Assembly (NCBI GenBank): GCA_051530055.1
Contig: CM121343.1
Location: forward strand, 7,752,044-7,816,043
Source of the DNA: Neoechinorhynchus agilis
Taxonomy: Eukaryota; Animalia; Acanthocephala
DNA: 64,000 nt
Direction: 5' to 3'
The position numbers were made by a program, and so were the translations under genes. Positions 24,101 to 35,545 of this stretch are shown piece after piece; position 1 is the stretch's first letter; every line of letters begins with the position of its first letter. The notes beneath the pieces are model-generated. The model was given only the letters and a program-made list of their open reading frames with translations. It made no database searches and was not told the DNA's origin.

Positions 24101-27100
24101 AAGAAATCGTGAGTGACGATATTCCCTTCGATCGGCTCTCCACTCTTCGCCTTAATAATCGTTACACACGTTTACTGGAAAAAATGGATGAGGTGCTGGA
24201 AGTCGTTCAATCAGCCTTAAATGAAACATGCAAATCGATGAGTGCATGTGTAGAGGCCCGTATGGTGATCGAGAGATGCAATGAAGAAGTCAAGACCTTG
24301 GAGGGAATTAGATTATACTTGGTGTCCGCAATACGCTCCGACCAACACGACATTCATACTTTAAAGCGGCGTCATAATTTGGCAAAGGGATTGTCTATCA
24401 AAAAAGCCGTGATTTTAGGAGAGCTTACCCACTTGGTGGCAGATGTAAACAAATCGGTCGCAAGGGTTGATTCTGCCTATTGTGCTATAAGAACATCCCA
24501 CAACTTAGTTCCGAAACTTACAGCCGAACGATTAGAGCAGCTTTCCATCAATCCGATCTCGCTCCCACTATCGATAGACAACGATTTGCAATCGCTCATA
24601 GCGAAAGACGCCCAATTGTGCACTCAATTGCAGTCTTTTTTCCCTAACGTTGAACGTGAAAATCGACATATGCTCAATACAACAGTAAAGCTCGCTGACT
24701 TCCTACAATGTGTCCCAAAATGCCCATCAGACTATACTGGGTTCGCATCTATTGCTACTCATCTTGATTCGCTTATGTTTTGCTTTGAACAAACTTCACT
24801 GCCTCCATCCTTACCAGTAGAATTCGATGGTGTATCCAAAATACTGAACCACTATCGGCACACGTGCTTGGCCTACTCAAGAAGCGTCAGTGCCCTTCAA
24901 AGTATTTCTACACAAACGGTGGCACTACCATCGGATGTTAAAGAAGCTCTTTTATCAATCGAGCGTCGTTCTTTGAGTGGTTCATGGCCCCCGAATGAAC
25001 TGCGTGATCTTCAATGGGAAATTGCTCTAGAACAATACGTAGATGTTATGACCAAAGTGATTGAAGAGTGGCGGATAAATGATCACAAGCTCGATAAGAT
25101 TGCATTTGATATATTTGAAAGATGTCTGAAAGTTATCGAGGGACTGAAACAATTGTTAGATTCATCGACCATCAGTGATGTTGTCATGGCAGATTTTGAA
25201 GTGCAAAACTGGTCAGGTGAATTGAGGGTGATTGAAAAAGAGCGAAATCGAATTTCCGAAAGTCTTTATCGGACAAATGGATCTGCTTCGTATTGCTCTA
25301 GTACTCAAATATCGTTTCAATTGAAAAAAGATTGTGAACTACTTGATAAGAGAATGGGAGCATTATTGACTTCAAGTAAGTTATTTACACGTTCAATCGC
25401 ATTTACGTTTCTCTTTTTAAGAAGTGCCTGAGATGATGTTTGTATTCGATAAAATTACGACGATTCAGTCAATGATCACGGACATCATTGAACTAGCCCA
25501 GAACTCATTCATTCAGGAAATTCCATTCGATTTTGATGTTCAACGACCGACCATAGCTGATAATTTGACAGTACGTACGCTTTACCCGATTTCGCCATTT
25601 TTATTTAATCCTCAGATGTACTCCCATGTATACTATTCGAGATACGTTCATGAGTAGGTGCTGGTGGAACTCTGGCCTTATAGCTTGCAGTAGGGATTAT
25701 TGTGAAAGTCGGTCTTTTGTTAGATTTTATCACAGTGGGAATAAAGCAATCGAAACTTTAGCAGTTCGGTAATTTCAACAACTACGAATTTGTTTGGTGC
25801 AAAATAGCTTTTTTGCCCCTAACCGTATTTCAACAAATGATAGTCAGCTGTTCATATTTTCGGTCTTAAATGGTTCAGAAGTGTTAGTAATCTCTTCTGA
25901 TATTCTAGGTAAAAATCCATGGCACGAAGACGCTTGCTTTTATTGAGCAGAAACTTATAATCGCGAAAATCGAAGCTCTAACAAGTGCATTGCGGATGAA
26001 TTTTGAGCATGGCGATGAGTGGAATACCTATAATTGGAGACTGAAACGACTTTTGGTTGACTGTCTCAATTACATACGCATTGGATATCCTAGCCTATCT
26101 TATAGCATTCATGAAATCATTGCGGGTGACAAAATGCGTCTGCCGAGTTTCACACCTCGAACTAGTGAAGTGGCTCGCAACGTTGTAACTACAATAATGG
26201 ATCTAAGTTGCAAGCGCAAATGCTCGTTGGCATGGATGTGCGGAGCAGATGCCTGCGAAAAGGGAAACCCTCTAAGATTTGAACCAATAACACAAGCAGA
26301 GGTCGATGCAGTTTTTGCAATGAATAAATTCGAAAAGGTATTTTTAAGGGTCGACAATTCATCTTTGCATCCCAGAATAGGTCATAAATCACCATGCAAG
26401 TGTTCGGAGGCGCTTTGAAGAAGCAATAGGAGAACTGAAAAGAAACGAATACAGACTTGAGCAAAAACTGCGGTGGATATCGGGGAGCAGTCGTATTCAC
26501 GCAAACTTGGATTCCTTCGTCCTGCAACGAAATGAGCGTTCAAAAATTATAGACTCTTTTATAAAAGCAGACGAGCAAATGAACCGATTCTTCAAAGACC
26601 TTATATGGCTCACTTCAAACAGAAAAATTGTGGATTCCTCCAGCGCGAAGTATTCATTTCAGGGTTATACTCGAACGATCGCAGAAATTGAAAGGAAGCT
26701 CCGTGATCTAAGTATAAAAGTTAATTGCAAGGACTATCTGGTTAGCAAATGTGAGCGTAACTTTATTGCGCTAATTGGTGAATCTTCAGTACCAGATAAC
26801 TTTACTGAGGCTTCGATTGACCGTTTTATTAGACAGGTCCACGATTCACTTTCCAGCCTTCGCGCTCAGATCACATTTAGCAGGAAGAGAATCGATAGAG
26901 TAAAGTGCCGAGATCGACTGACTCTAAAAGAAAATCTTATTAATTCTTATAAATTGTTTATGGATACTTTTGAGCCTTTCATGAACTATGCCAAGATATT
27001 AATTAGAATGGGCGAGCGTAATGAACAACTCCATAGTTTGGTTTCTGCGTATGATGGACACGTAGCGAAAATCGAAGAGATGTGTCTATGGGTCAAAGGA

Positions 27101-27379
27101 ATAGGTGATAGTGAAGAATTCGATTTAAGTCTCGGGGAGTTTTCTCAGTCTGTAAAGCAATTCAAAATGATTGACTTTAGATGCACTATTGACGGTAACC
27201 GTTCCCTCGAAAAAAAAGCGTCACTTCATCTGCTACTCGACAGTCTTAGAACAAGACTCGTTGGGTCCAAATATAATGGTGATGACAGCGTAGTCGATCA
27301 GGTGGATGATGCAATCGAAACGGCTACAAATATTGACAATCTAAGTATGTTGTACGAAGGATGGATGGCTTGGGTATGA
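18153..27379 (+). CDS. SMG1: SMG1 PIKK-family kinase (nonsense-mediated decay), multi-exon
   Basis: Kinase motifs GLGDRHLNNIL.D.KTGETVHIDFNVCF and PETVPFRLTQNI, a long post-kinase insertion, and the FATC end ATNIDNLSMLYEGWMAWV*, typical of SMG1. The true start may lie in an upstream exon (acceptor-like TTTTCAG at about 18148). Confidence 0.93.
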
Positions 27380-27799
27380 CGAAAGGAACACTTTTGGCCG
27401 TAATTTAGTGAAGCGAATGCAGCAAAATGTTCTTGGTGCGGCCGAGGACGTATAATGTGAACGTTTGAAATTCTATTCTGACGTAAATCGATTGCTCATA
27501 CAAATAATTATGAGTGTTGCAGTTAATAACGGGCGTTTCTCTTTTTTGTAAGTTTGTATCCCATGTAGGTCCCTTAAAACTCCGGAATAATCAGAGAGTC
27601 CGAAGGACATGACTTATCCGTTAATTTCTTATTGTACGTGGGGGTAATGGACTCTGAATGAAATGATATTGAAATTGGAATTGTAATATAGCGAAACTTC
27701 CTATGATATCGTCGACGTTTTTAAACTCGCATATATACATTTCTCAATCATTTTTATTGAGGATTACATTCGATTGGTTAGATATGCTGCTATTTTGGT

Positions 27800-28510
27800 C
27801 GCTTGTCAACACTCGAGAGGGATCATTGAAGAAGAAATATATTTCGACTGATTGAATCAGAGTCCTTTTATCGATTCTATCTAAAATTTCATAAGAATTT
27901 GCAACAAACACACGACATGATTGTTCTCGTTTTGACCAGGAAACCAGGGAATGTCAACCCCGTAGGTTTATCAGTCGATGGAATTTTCTATTTTCACTAC
28001 AGAGAACACTGGTCTTGTCGAACCCAGTTAAGTGTGTGGTTCTGTGCCCATGATTTAAAATCGCTGAAGTCTTATCGTGATTCGTACTTGTGTTCAAGCA
28101 GACGGGTTTCTTTGAACAGCTCATTGTTTCACCTACGTAGGCCATTTCGCAGTCGTTGCAGGGGATGCAGTAGACTACATCGGAACTATTTTTTAGTTCA
28201 TATTTTCTTTTAAAGATGCCCACGATAGTCGGGGTTCTCTTGTAGGCAAACGGGGAATTTCGAATTTCCGAGGGTCCTGCGTAAAAGATTAGAGCAAAAA
28301 TCATCAATAAATCCAGATCAAATGAATGCCACGTCGCTTAGTTTTCAACGATTGGGTCGGAAATATCGCTCCTTCTTACAAACCTGCCGTATCGTCCAAT
28401 CCGGGTAGTCTCTTCTTTTTAACATAATCTTAATATTCTCGATCTCACGGTTCCTCTCATGATCAATATTGCAAACCCTGATAGCTCCCCTGAATAACGA
28501 CTGTGCAGTG
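27800..28510 (-). mobile_element. Penelope-like element 3' fragment (RT thumb + GIY-YIG)
   Basis: SLFRGAIRVC...MLKRRDYP, then VVYCIPCNDCEMAYVGET...SAILNH. Confidence 0.85.
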
Positions 28511-28699
28511 CTTATTTTGAAAGCTTAAAGCGAGTTGGTTTTTCATGGTGCGCTTTGCCAATAGATTCCAAGTTTCCGGTATATGGAAGCTTGACAATCT
28601 GTTCTCTTCACACAAACATCGAGGAAAGTTATCGTGTTATTTTTGTTTTCGTAGGAGGTTGACCATTGAATTGTCTTATCTTTATTGCCACACACTCAA

Positions 28700-28960
28700 A
28701 ATCCGCTCAGAAACAAATCCACCCAACTCCTACACTTGCCAAGTTCTGCAAACTACATCCCCTTCAAGCTCTTTCAAACAACCATTTCTCTCCATTCTTT
28801 TCACTAACATAAGAGGTCTGTCACCAAAAATTGATCATCTTTCACTTTTAGCCACTACCACCAACGCAGACATTCTGGTCATTGTGGAAACATGGCTGCA
28901 CTCCTTCAATTCCGACATCGCCTTAATCCTTGTCTACACGTCTTTCCACTCTTAAATGTC
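28700..28960 (+). mobile_element. L2/CR1-like ORF2 start (APE N-terminus)
   Basis: FTNIRGLSPKIDHL and DILVIVETWL motifs. Confidence 0.75.
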
Positions 28961-29029
28961 TTACCCTTAACCAAGTGTTTTGAAATCGTCCCCTCAATCC
29001 CAAACAGCCCTTCCGATCAGCCACTTCTT

Positions 29030-29600
29030 CCTTTTCCAATCAATCATGTCTCCTCTGTCAGGAGTTTGTGTCTCGTGTTAAGAGGGAGGCTACAAGAGGT
29101 GAAATAAAAGTTACTTTAAGGAGACGTGGTCTCGGGCTAAAGGGATTTTTGGAGGGAATGCGCATAACAGTTAATGAGGGAGGAATAGTGGAGTGAATGT
29201 CGGGGAAAGGAATTGATCGATTCTAAGGATTTGGTGGCGGTTTTGTGCATCAGCGGCGGGGGCTTCCGGCATACCAGAAATAAAAATGGTGCGATTTATA
29301 TCCTTGAAGGAGGAGTGCACGACACGATGGGTCGAATTCAGGGAGGCGTTCCCAACGAATCTTCGCTTGAGTTTGCAATACTGATGGAATCTACCAAAAC
29401 CGTATCCTCCTTCATGGAAGCTACACTAGCCGATTTCTGTAAAACTTTAGCCAGTTTCTTAGAATTCCCTTTGGGAGTTTTTGCCTGCCTCTTTAGACCG
29501 CTAGATTTATTCTCTTTGTGCTTTTTGATTTCGACTGACTGTTCACTTCTAAGAGCTTCCTTTTCCCACTGAATCCATTAATATATCTTAACTGTACTCA
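29030..29600 (-). mobile_element. L2/CR1-like ORF1 fragment
   Basis: Minus strand has a K/E-rich coiled segment, TIFISGMPE and RPRLLKVTF. Confidence 0.6.
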
Positions 29601-29749
29601 TCACTTCAATCAATGAACCCTTTAAAGCATCGGTAGCTTGTTCAAAGCACCTTTTAGTGCAGCATCAATAAGCGTAGAATACTTGGCCGATTCTCGTTTT
29701 TGCTGTTCATTGATTTGAGCAGAGAGTAGACGTTGACGTACGCTGGACA

Positions 29750-29945
29750 CTTAGAAATTCAAACTGCGCCGTTCGCCTATATCACAAGAGAAAGCTGACT
29801 ATCGCGGGCATATTTAAAAGAAAACCTCTACCGCATCCCCTGCAACGACTGCGAAATGGCCTACCGTCTGCTTGAACACTAGTACGAATCACGATGTGAC
29901 GATACGATTTCAGCCATTTTAAATCATACTCACCAAACCGGAGGT
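29750..29945 (+). mobile_element. Inverted, internally deleted copy of the PLE GIY-YIG region at 28050-28270
   Basis: gcatcccctgcaacgactgcgaaatggcctac is joined directly to cgtctgcttgaacac, and matches the reverse complement of the upstream PLE with about 30 bp missing. Confidence 0.85.
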
Positions 29946-30169
29946 TATAATCAACGAGCTACAGTACGTCGTTGACAATGGCACCTCATATGACGATTAG
30001 TCCTTGTTCTGCATCTCAAAAAATCCAATCCCGGCCTTCTTGACTAAGTCGACAGGAATTTTATTACCTAGGAGCACTGCTAGTAAAGAACAATATCGAC
30101 GTAAAATAAAAATAGCAGTTTGAGGTTTTCCGATAATATCCAACATTTGCAAATCCAATTCTACTGTCT

Positions 30170-30320
30170 TCGACAAAATCTTACCAGGATCACTCAGCTG
30201 CCGTCCTGGTGTAACGGTCGAAAGAACGGATGCAGCGCTCCTTGCCGTTGCAAAGCAAGGCTTTTGTTTTGTATGAGGAATGTTCCTGCTCTCGGATCGC
30301 CAGTGGTTCGTTTATAAGGA
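30170..30320 (-). mobile_element. CRE-like 3' end fragment
   Basis: Similar to 42875-43010 (ggatcactcagctgccgtc...ctcggatcgccagtg). Confidence 0.8.
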
Positions 30321-30345
30321 TTTTGTCAAAATTAAAAGGTTAGCC

Positions 30346-30510
30346 CCACCAGAACGGACTTTCCAACCCAACCGGATATTCTCAATCGAACGGACACATC
30401 CTCACCCGAACGAACCGTTCCCGACTGGATACCCGAACCCATATTAACGGATGAGGACCCAAAGGTACATGGGTCCTCCCAAACCTTTCTTTGTATTCTC
30501 AATAAACGTA
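30346..30510 (+). mobile_element. 3' UTR of the local L2/CR1-like family, with degenerate ~33-bp subrepeats and a terminal stem-loop
   Basis: Shares cccaccagaacggac and tgaggacccaaaggtacatgg with 46395-46516 and 34430-34546. Hairpin GAGGACCC/GGGTCCTC followed by AATAAA. Confidence 0.75.
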
Positions 30511-32298
30511 ATTCGCACTCATCAGAAGCATAAATTACAATCTTTCAGCAATAACCGCTGTTGATTTTGTTCAAATGAGGTCATCGAAATCGTGAACTTT
30601 TGGAAGCCCAACACAATTAATCAGATCAAAACGAATATTTGTTTCTCCAAGCGTTGTTGAGCTCATTCGGGTTTAGGTCGAAAGGAATGTGTATCGATCT
30701 AAACGTACTTCTATATCTTTTTCATATACGATATCCATGACATAATTCCACAATAGCAAGGGCCTTTATCATGAATAGCTCAATTTTCAGTTTGAAAAGC
30801 TTGTTCAGTCCGCTTTACTCGCTCATTGTGTGCTGTGAAAATCAGTACTTTCCTGTCCTTATCGTGTAATAATTCATTAAATTTGAATCTCCACGAAGCA
30901 CACTGCCCTCCAAGAAAGGTTTTTTTAGTCACACACAGTTAGGAGATTTGCATGAACCAGCGGGCAGCCACTTGTATTTTCTTTTTACCGTAAACTTTAT
31001 AAAAATACATAGTTACGCAAACAAATTTCAGGAAAAAATGGTGCGCGGTGAACTTATCGTATAAACCGGCAATAATTGTCCTTCTATGAAAAATTATTGA
31101 CTTGCTTGTAAACCAGCGGTTTTTAAAACACAATTTGCTCATTAACTGTTTATTTTTGCAGCGGGAAATGATATTGCTGAAGTATTTTAAAAATAGATAC
31201 GAGTCTTCAAAATAAAAAGAATTTTAATTATACTCGAAGCATCAATCACTCCCCAGTTTGCCGCCGATGGAGGTCGTGCTCGTAATGCTAATGGATTTCC
31301 CTCGCCGGACAGCCATGTTTATCCCCGTTATGAGGAAAGTCTTATTCCTATGGTTGCCGGACGTTTTTATAGTGGGACAATCAGACCCACCGATAGATCA
31401 CAGGGATTAGTGTCAATGGGCCAGGCTGGATTGTCAAGTAATTTCCTAATAATGGCACCATCGATTGACGAATGATCTTTGAGTAATGATGGAATGTCCC
31501 TTCTCGTCGTGTAAAATTCATAATGATCGTTTTATTGGATCAAAAACCTCTTTTTTCTTCGACTCCGTCCATGGGAACGTTGTAGATATAATGGAAAAGT
31601 CCTAAGCATACTTGCATTCTCTTGGAGAGCCGAGATTTAAGCAATTCAACCCTAGTCAATGATGTTAGCAAGCGCAAAGCAATCATCCAGGCGGTACGAG
31701 TGACTGGATTGCATAAGCTATGGATTTGTTGCGCAAGAAAAGCGACTTCTTTCATCGGTTCAACAAAATTAGTTTTTAGTTCAAACACTATTTTGGAGCA
31801 CGTGTCCTTTCCTTTAGAACTAAGGAAGGAAAATAGTACGTGAGACCTTGAAACAAACTAATTTCAGGATTATATGGTTTGACATCGAACTTCCCAGTAC
31901 GAAGAGAGTAATTTTAAAGATACGATTTAGCCATCTTGAGGACTTTCAAATTTTTTTTGTGCTTTGGTTCCCTACTCTCATTCAAATCAAAATCATTTGG
32001 TTTTTATAAGTTTTCAAACTTTTGTTTTTAATTGAGCGTAATGTCCAAGCAAAAATCGGTGTGTGGTCCGCCGATGCGGTCACCATTCGCCCGATCAGCT
32101 CCGGATAACCGAAAAGCATCCGGATTGCTTGGTTACATCTAATCAAATTTAGAAACTTGGTTCATATCCACGTCACTTAGTTACGCTCATCAGTGCGATG
32201 ATTATGTTTGTAAATGTGCAAATAGTACTACTTGTTTGGCTACTACTACTACCAGCGAATACTGATTTGAACCCGTTCACATTTTACACAATCGATCG

Positions 32299-32844
32299 AT
32301 GGTGTTTTGCGTGATTGTTATATGTTCATTGATAAGTCTAGTCTATGGAGCCAGAGGAAAGGCGCCAGTTGTAAACATAATTTACGATTTTAGTCCGTCT
32401 CAAACAAATGAGAAACTAATTGCAATAACAGACCTAAAGAATCCTCTAACCGCACCGAGGAACCTTCCTGAAGATACGGCATATACGGAGGAGTTAGAAG
32501 CGATCAGGCCACAAAACTCGATAGTGGACTACATTAAAGTCAAGCTGAATCAATGCATGATGCCCAACGGCAAATGGGTTTCTATATACCCAAGAGAATT
32601 TTATTTACCGAATATTCAGACTATCATGATGGAACAAATGCAGGCGCGTGATGTGGTGGATGGCAACCCCTTGGAACTGCAAAAAGTCTATTCAGAATCA
32701 AGGATTGCTCCTGCGTGGACATGGACGTCGGATGAGAAGGGCAATTCTGTATGGAAAAAATGTAAATGCCTCATTCCTTGGAAACTTGAAGAACGATACG
32801 TATATAAGCTGAATTTTAATCAGGCTTCCCAAAAAACGACGTGA
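32299..32844 (+). CDS. Intronless 181-aa predicted secreted protein, no recognised family
   Basis: ATG start, hydrophobic leader MVFCVIVICSLISLVYGA, uninterrupted ORF, and AATAAA twice immediately after the stop. Confidence 0.7.
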   Translation: MVFCVIVICSLISLVYGARGKAPVVNIIYDFSPSQTNEKLIAITDLKNPLTAPRNLPEDTAYTEELEAIRPQNSIVDYIKVKLNQCMMPNGKWVSIYPREFYLPNIQTIMMEQMQARDVVDGNPLELQKVYSESRIAPAWTWTSDEKGNSVWKKCKCLIPWKLEERYVYKLNFNQASQKTT

Positions 32845-33164
32845 AATAAAATAAATGCATACATAGTGATTTAAGAATCACATCGAACATATAAAAGTTC
32901 TGAATGTGCATTAGCTACAAATACGAATCAAGTTGGGATAATAGAACATGGGACAGACTCTAAGAGCACATAATGAATTCGCTTGGAGTATTAGAGGCAA
33001 TTCGAGACCGAAACCTACCCTTGGGAGAGGAACCGCAAATTTCCATGAACTTGTGTCTTCAGATTTCTAAGTTATTTTTAGGCATGACCACTATTTGTCT
33101 GATTTGAGCAGCCACAGATGATCTGAAGCTTTCTTAGGGGCGGCTTTTCACGAATGGACCTTAT

Positions 33165-33165
33165 C

Positions 33166-33199
<34 letters not shown>

Positions 33200-33260
33200 T
33201 CATCTATACCAGCTAGGGTCGCTCTGGACATTTAGATGAATCGCGGGCGAAATCGAGCGC
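33165..33260 (-). repeat. (CAA)11 microsatellite, probably the (TTG)n tail of an RTE 3' tip
   Basis: Minus strand reads agcgaccctagctggtatagatgat(gtt)n. The RTE copy at 45524 also ends in a CAA/TTG tail. The RTE assignment is inference. Confidence 0.6.
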
Positions 33261-33629
33261 ATTATTTCAAGGCAAATATTTAGAAATGATACTTATCCTG
33301 GCCGTTTTTAATCAATAGCGGAGAAAGCAAAGGAGAAACGATAAATCAACATTCGTCTACTCTTTATCGTTTACTCTTTATCATTAATTGCGTTCTACTA
33401 TTCACGTTGCATCAAAACACTTCATCGCGTATTGAACACTTAAACAACGCTAAGATCAAGACCCTTCCTTTGCAATGTCCTCCCTAACCTCAATTATAAA
33501 ATTTTTTTATGAAGATTCGCCAGCCGGTAACTTATATCAATGTGTGGCTTTTTATCACACGGCTGATTAAATTCAATGGCCTTGAATTAATAAATATAAA
33601 AACTGGCTGAGTTTGTACATTTCGTAGTT

Positions 33630-33910
33630 GTGTCGAGGTGGTCAAGTGGGCTAATGTCCGCGATCCCGATTAAGGGGCTAGTGGTTCAAATCCGTTACCA
33701 CCAATGACGCACAATCAAAGGGGACGATATATCGCTGAAGGGAGGAAACTCACTGATGAGTCCCGCCTCCTGGAGGTATCTGAGGATCCGGAGGAATGTA
33801 CAAACTCATAACCGTTTGTTTCAGGGTATTAGATGATTTTAAGCGCTTCCCTGGACCGGATCGTTGGGCTGTGTGCCCAAGGAAAATTATCAGCCGTGTG
33901 ATAGAAAGGC
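33630..33910 (+). mobile_element. tRNA-derived SINE with a conserved structured core
   Basis: A-box-like TGGTCAAGTGG (about 33639) and B-box GGTTCAAATCC (33683-33693), but no acceptor stem. The body is shared with 7460-7680 and 44398-44460. Confidence 0.75.
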
Positions 33911-33959
33911 CACGCATTCATATAAAATATTCTTTAACTTCGACAATACAAAAAGAAAT

Positions 33960-34580
33960 TAATTCGAATATCGAATCGTTATCCACGAAGGATAACTCCC
34001 ATCTTAAATATCCTGATTTTCCCGGTTTACAGAAAGTCCCTCAAAATACTTGTTGCCCACAAAACCTTCCTGCTCTTGCTAAATTTTACAACATGTTTAA
34101 ATCACAAATTCGTCGCCTTTAATAAACGTTTAGTGGAGTAGCCTCTAAAATTTGCGCAGTTGATTTTCCCCCGCTCGCCGAATTCATTTATAAGATTTTT
34201 ATCAAACAATCGAAACGCCTCTCAACCCTAGCACCAAATTTTTTTAACACATTTTATTCTCATTTTCACACGAACACAATACTCGCAATCCCAATTCGTT
34301 TAATTTTCCTATACCGCCGTTCCTTTTTCAATACTGCCCGATATTCTCGGCTATCATAACCCGAAATGAACCTGAGGAAAGATGCAACCTCACAAACTCT
34401 CCTTCAAACAATAACCACCAATTCCAACTCGACCAAATGTTCAAACCCGCCCGGCGGACTCGTTATCCACCCCAAAATCAACGACCGCATTCATTGATCC
34501 TATCGGAACTCGAGTGTTTATGAGGAACCCAAGTTACGTGGTTCCTATTCTTTGTGCTTTAATTAACTAATAAAGACGAG
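33960..34580 (+). mobile_element. L2/CR1-like 3' portion (RT tail + 3' UTR stem-loop)
   Basis: HEHNTRNPNR-coding segment shared with 45440-45480. Hairpin AGGAACC/GGTTCCT and AATAAA. Confidence 0.8.
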
Positions 34581-35545
34581 TAGCGTAATGTTGCCATAGT
34601 CTCCCCTCCTTTATATTCTCCAAAAGAGGGCACACTTTGTTAATCCACTTCCTAGCTTCTGCTCTAAAGGACCTTCGTATTTGCACCTTCTGTGCAGTCG
34701 AAATGTAAGTGGACATTAAAAAATCTGTTTTTCATATGAAGTTGTGAATCACATTACAACTCGGGCTTATATTGCTGCACGCAGTAAAATTTAAAAATGT
34801 TTTTTGATTTGATGCCCGAGATTGAAATTTTCATGACGGAAAAATCAAAACATCTTAGCGAGTTTAACGGCCTCCTTTCCCCTTTAAAAGTTATTTACAT
34901 AAGGGCGGGCCACGTGAGACAGCTTAACTGGCCGAATGTTGAGCACTGCTGAACTGTACTAAACTTGACTACTCTAAGAAGCATGCAAATAAATTCGCGA
35001 TATCTCCAAGCATTTTCTAAAAGTGCAATACAACGTCGAGTTTATGTAATCCCACTTGCAGTTTACATCACTAATTTTCTATAAAATCCAAAGTGCCATC
35101 ACTCCGAGAAGAGCGTCATTCCGTTGACTACAGACATCAATTGAAGACCATTTAATTTATAAAAATGGTATTTTAAAGATCGTTTTTGTTTCAATATTAA
35201 TTTCCTAGGATTTAAATTGCAAGGAGACTTTAATCGAGAAAAAGAAGGTGAAGACAACCGTTAATTCATAATGATTTCCTTTACGGTGGTAGAATTTTCA
35301 CATTGATTTCGACTAAGTTACTTTTAGTGGTTGCATGGCATTTTTCCATGACTACAAAAGCATATTGTACCGCATCCATGTTCGTATATTCCATGGTGCA
35401 TGGACTATCTTGAGGAAGTCTATGTTTGCAAGAACTGCAATCGATCGATCAGCATGTAAAAGTAAATGCACGGAGATGGTAGATTTAGCGGTAAAAAAGT
35501 ATAACAAATTTAGGCTGTGAGTGCAGCGCGCAGGGAATAAATCCT

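Noticed and set aside
22505-26527. Antisense ORFs overlapping SMG1, and similar ones over the PDE and TE ORFs
   Set aside because: They are shadow frames of real coding sequence with no independent features.
31230-31860. Short ORFs on both strands (31540-31788, 31622-31843)
   Set aside because: No motif, no consistent exon chain and no repeat partner in the window.
32150-32195. Minus-strand CTGATGAG followed by a weak hairpin (a similar case lies near 30525)
   Set aside because: GAAA does not follow the hairpin and no helix I is evident.
33630-33705. tRNA gene
   Set aside because: A and B boxes are present but the acceptor stem does not pair, and it runs into a dispersed repeat body, so it is a SINE head.
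33763-33800. Canonical hammerhead starting at CTGATGAGTCCC
   Set aside because: No downstream helix II partner plus GAAA, and the second copy has CAGGTGAG at this place. These bases are better explained as a hairpin loop.
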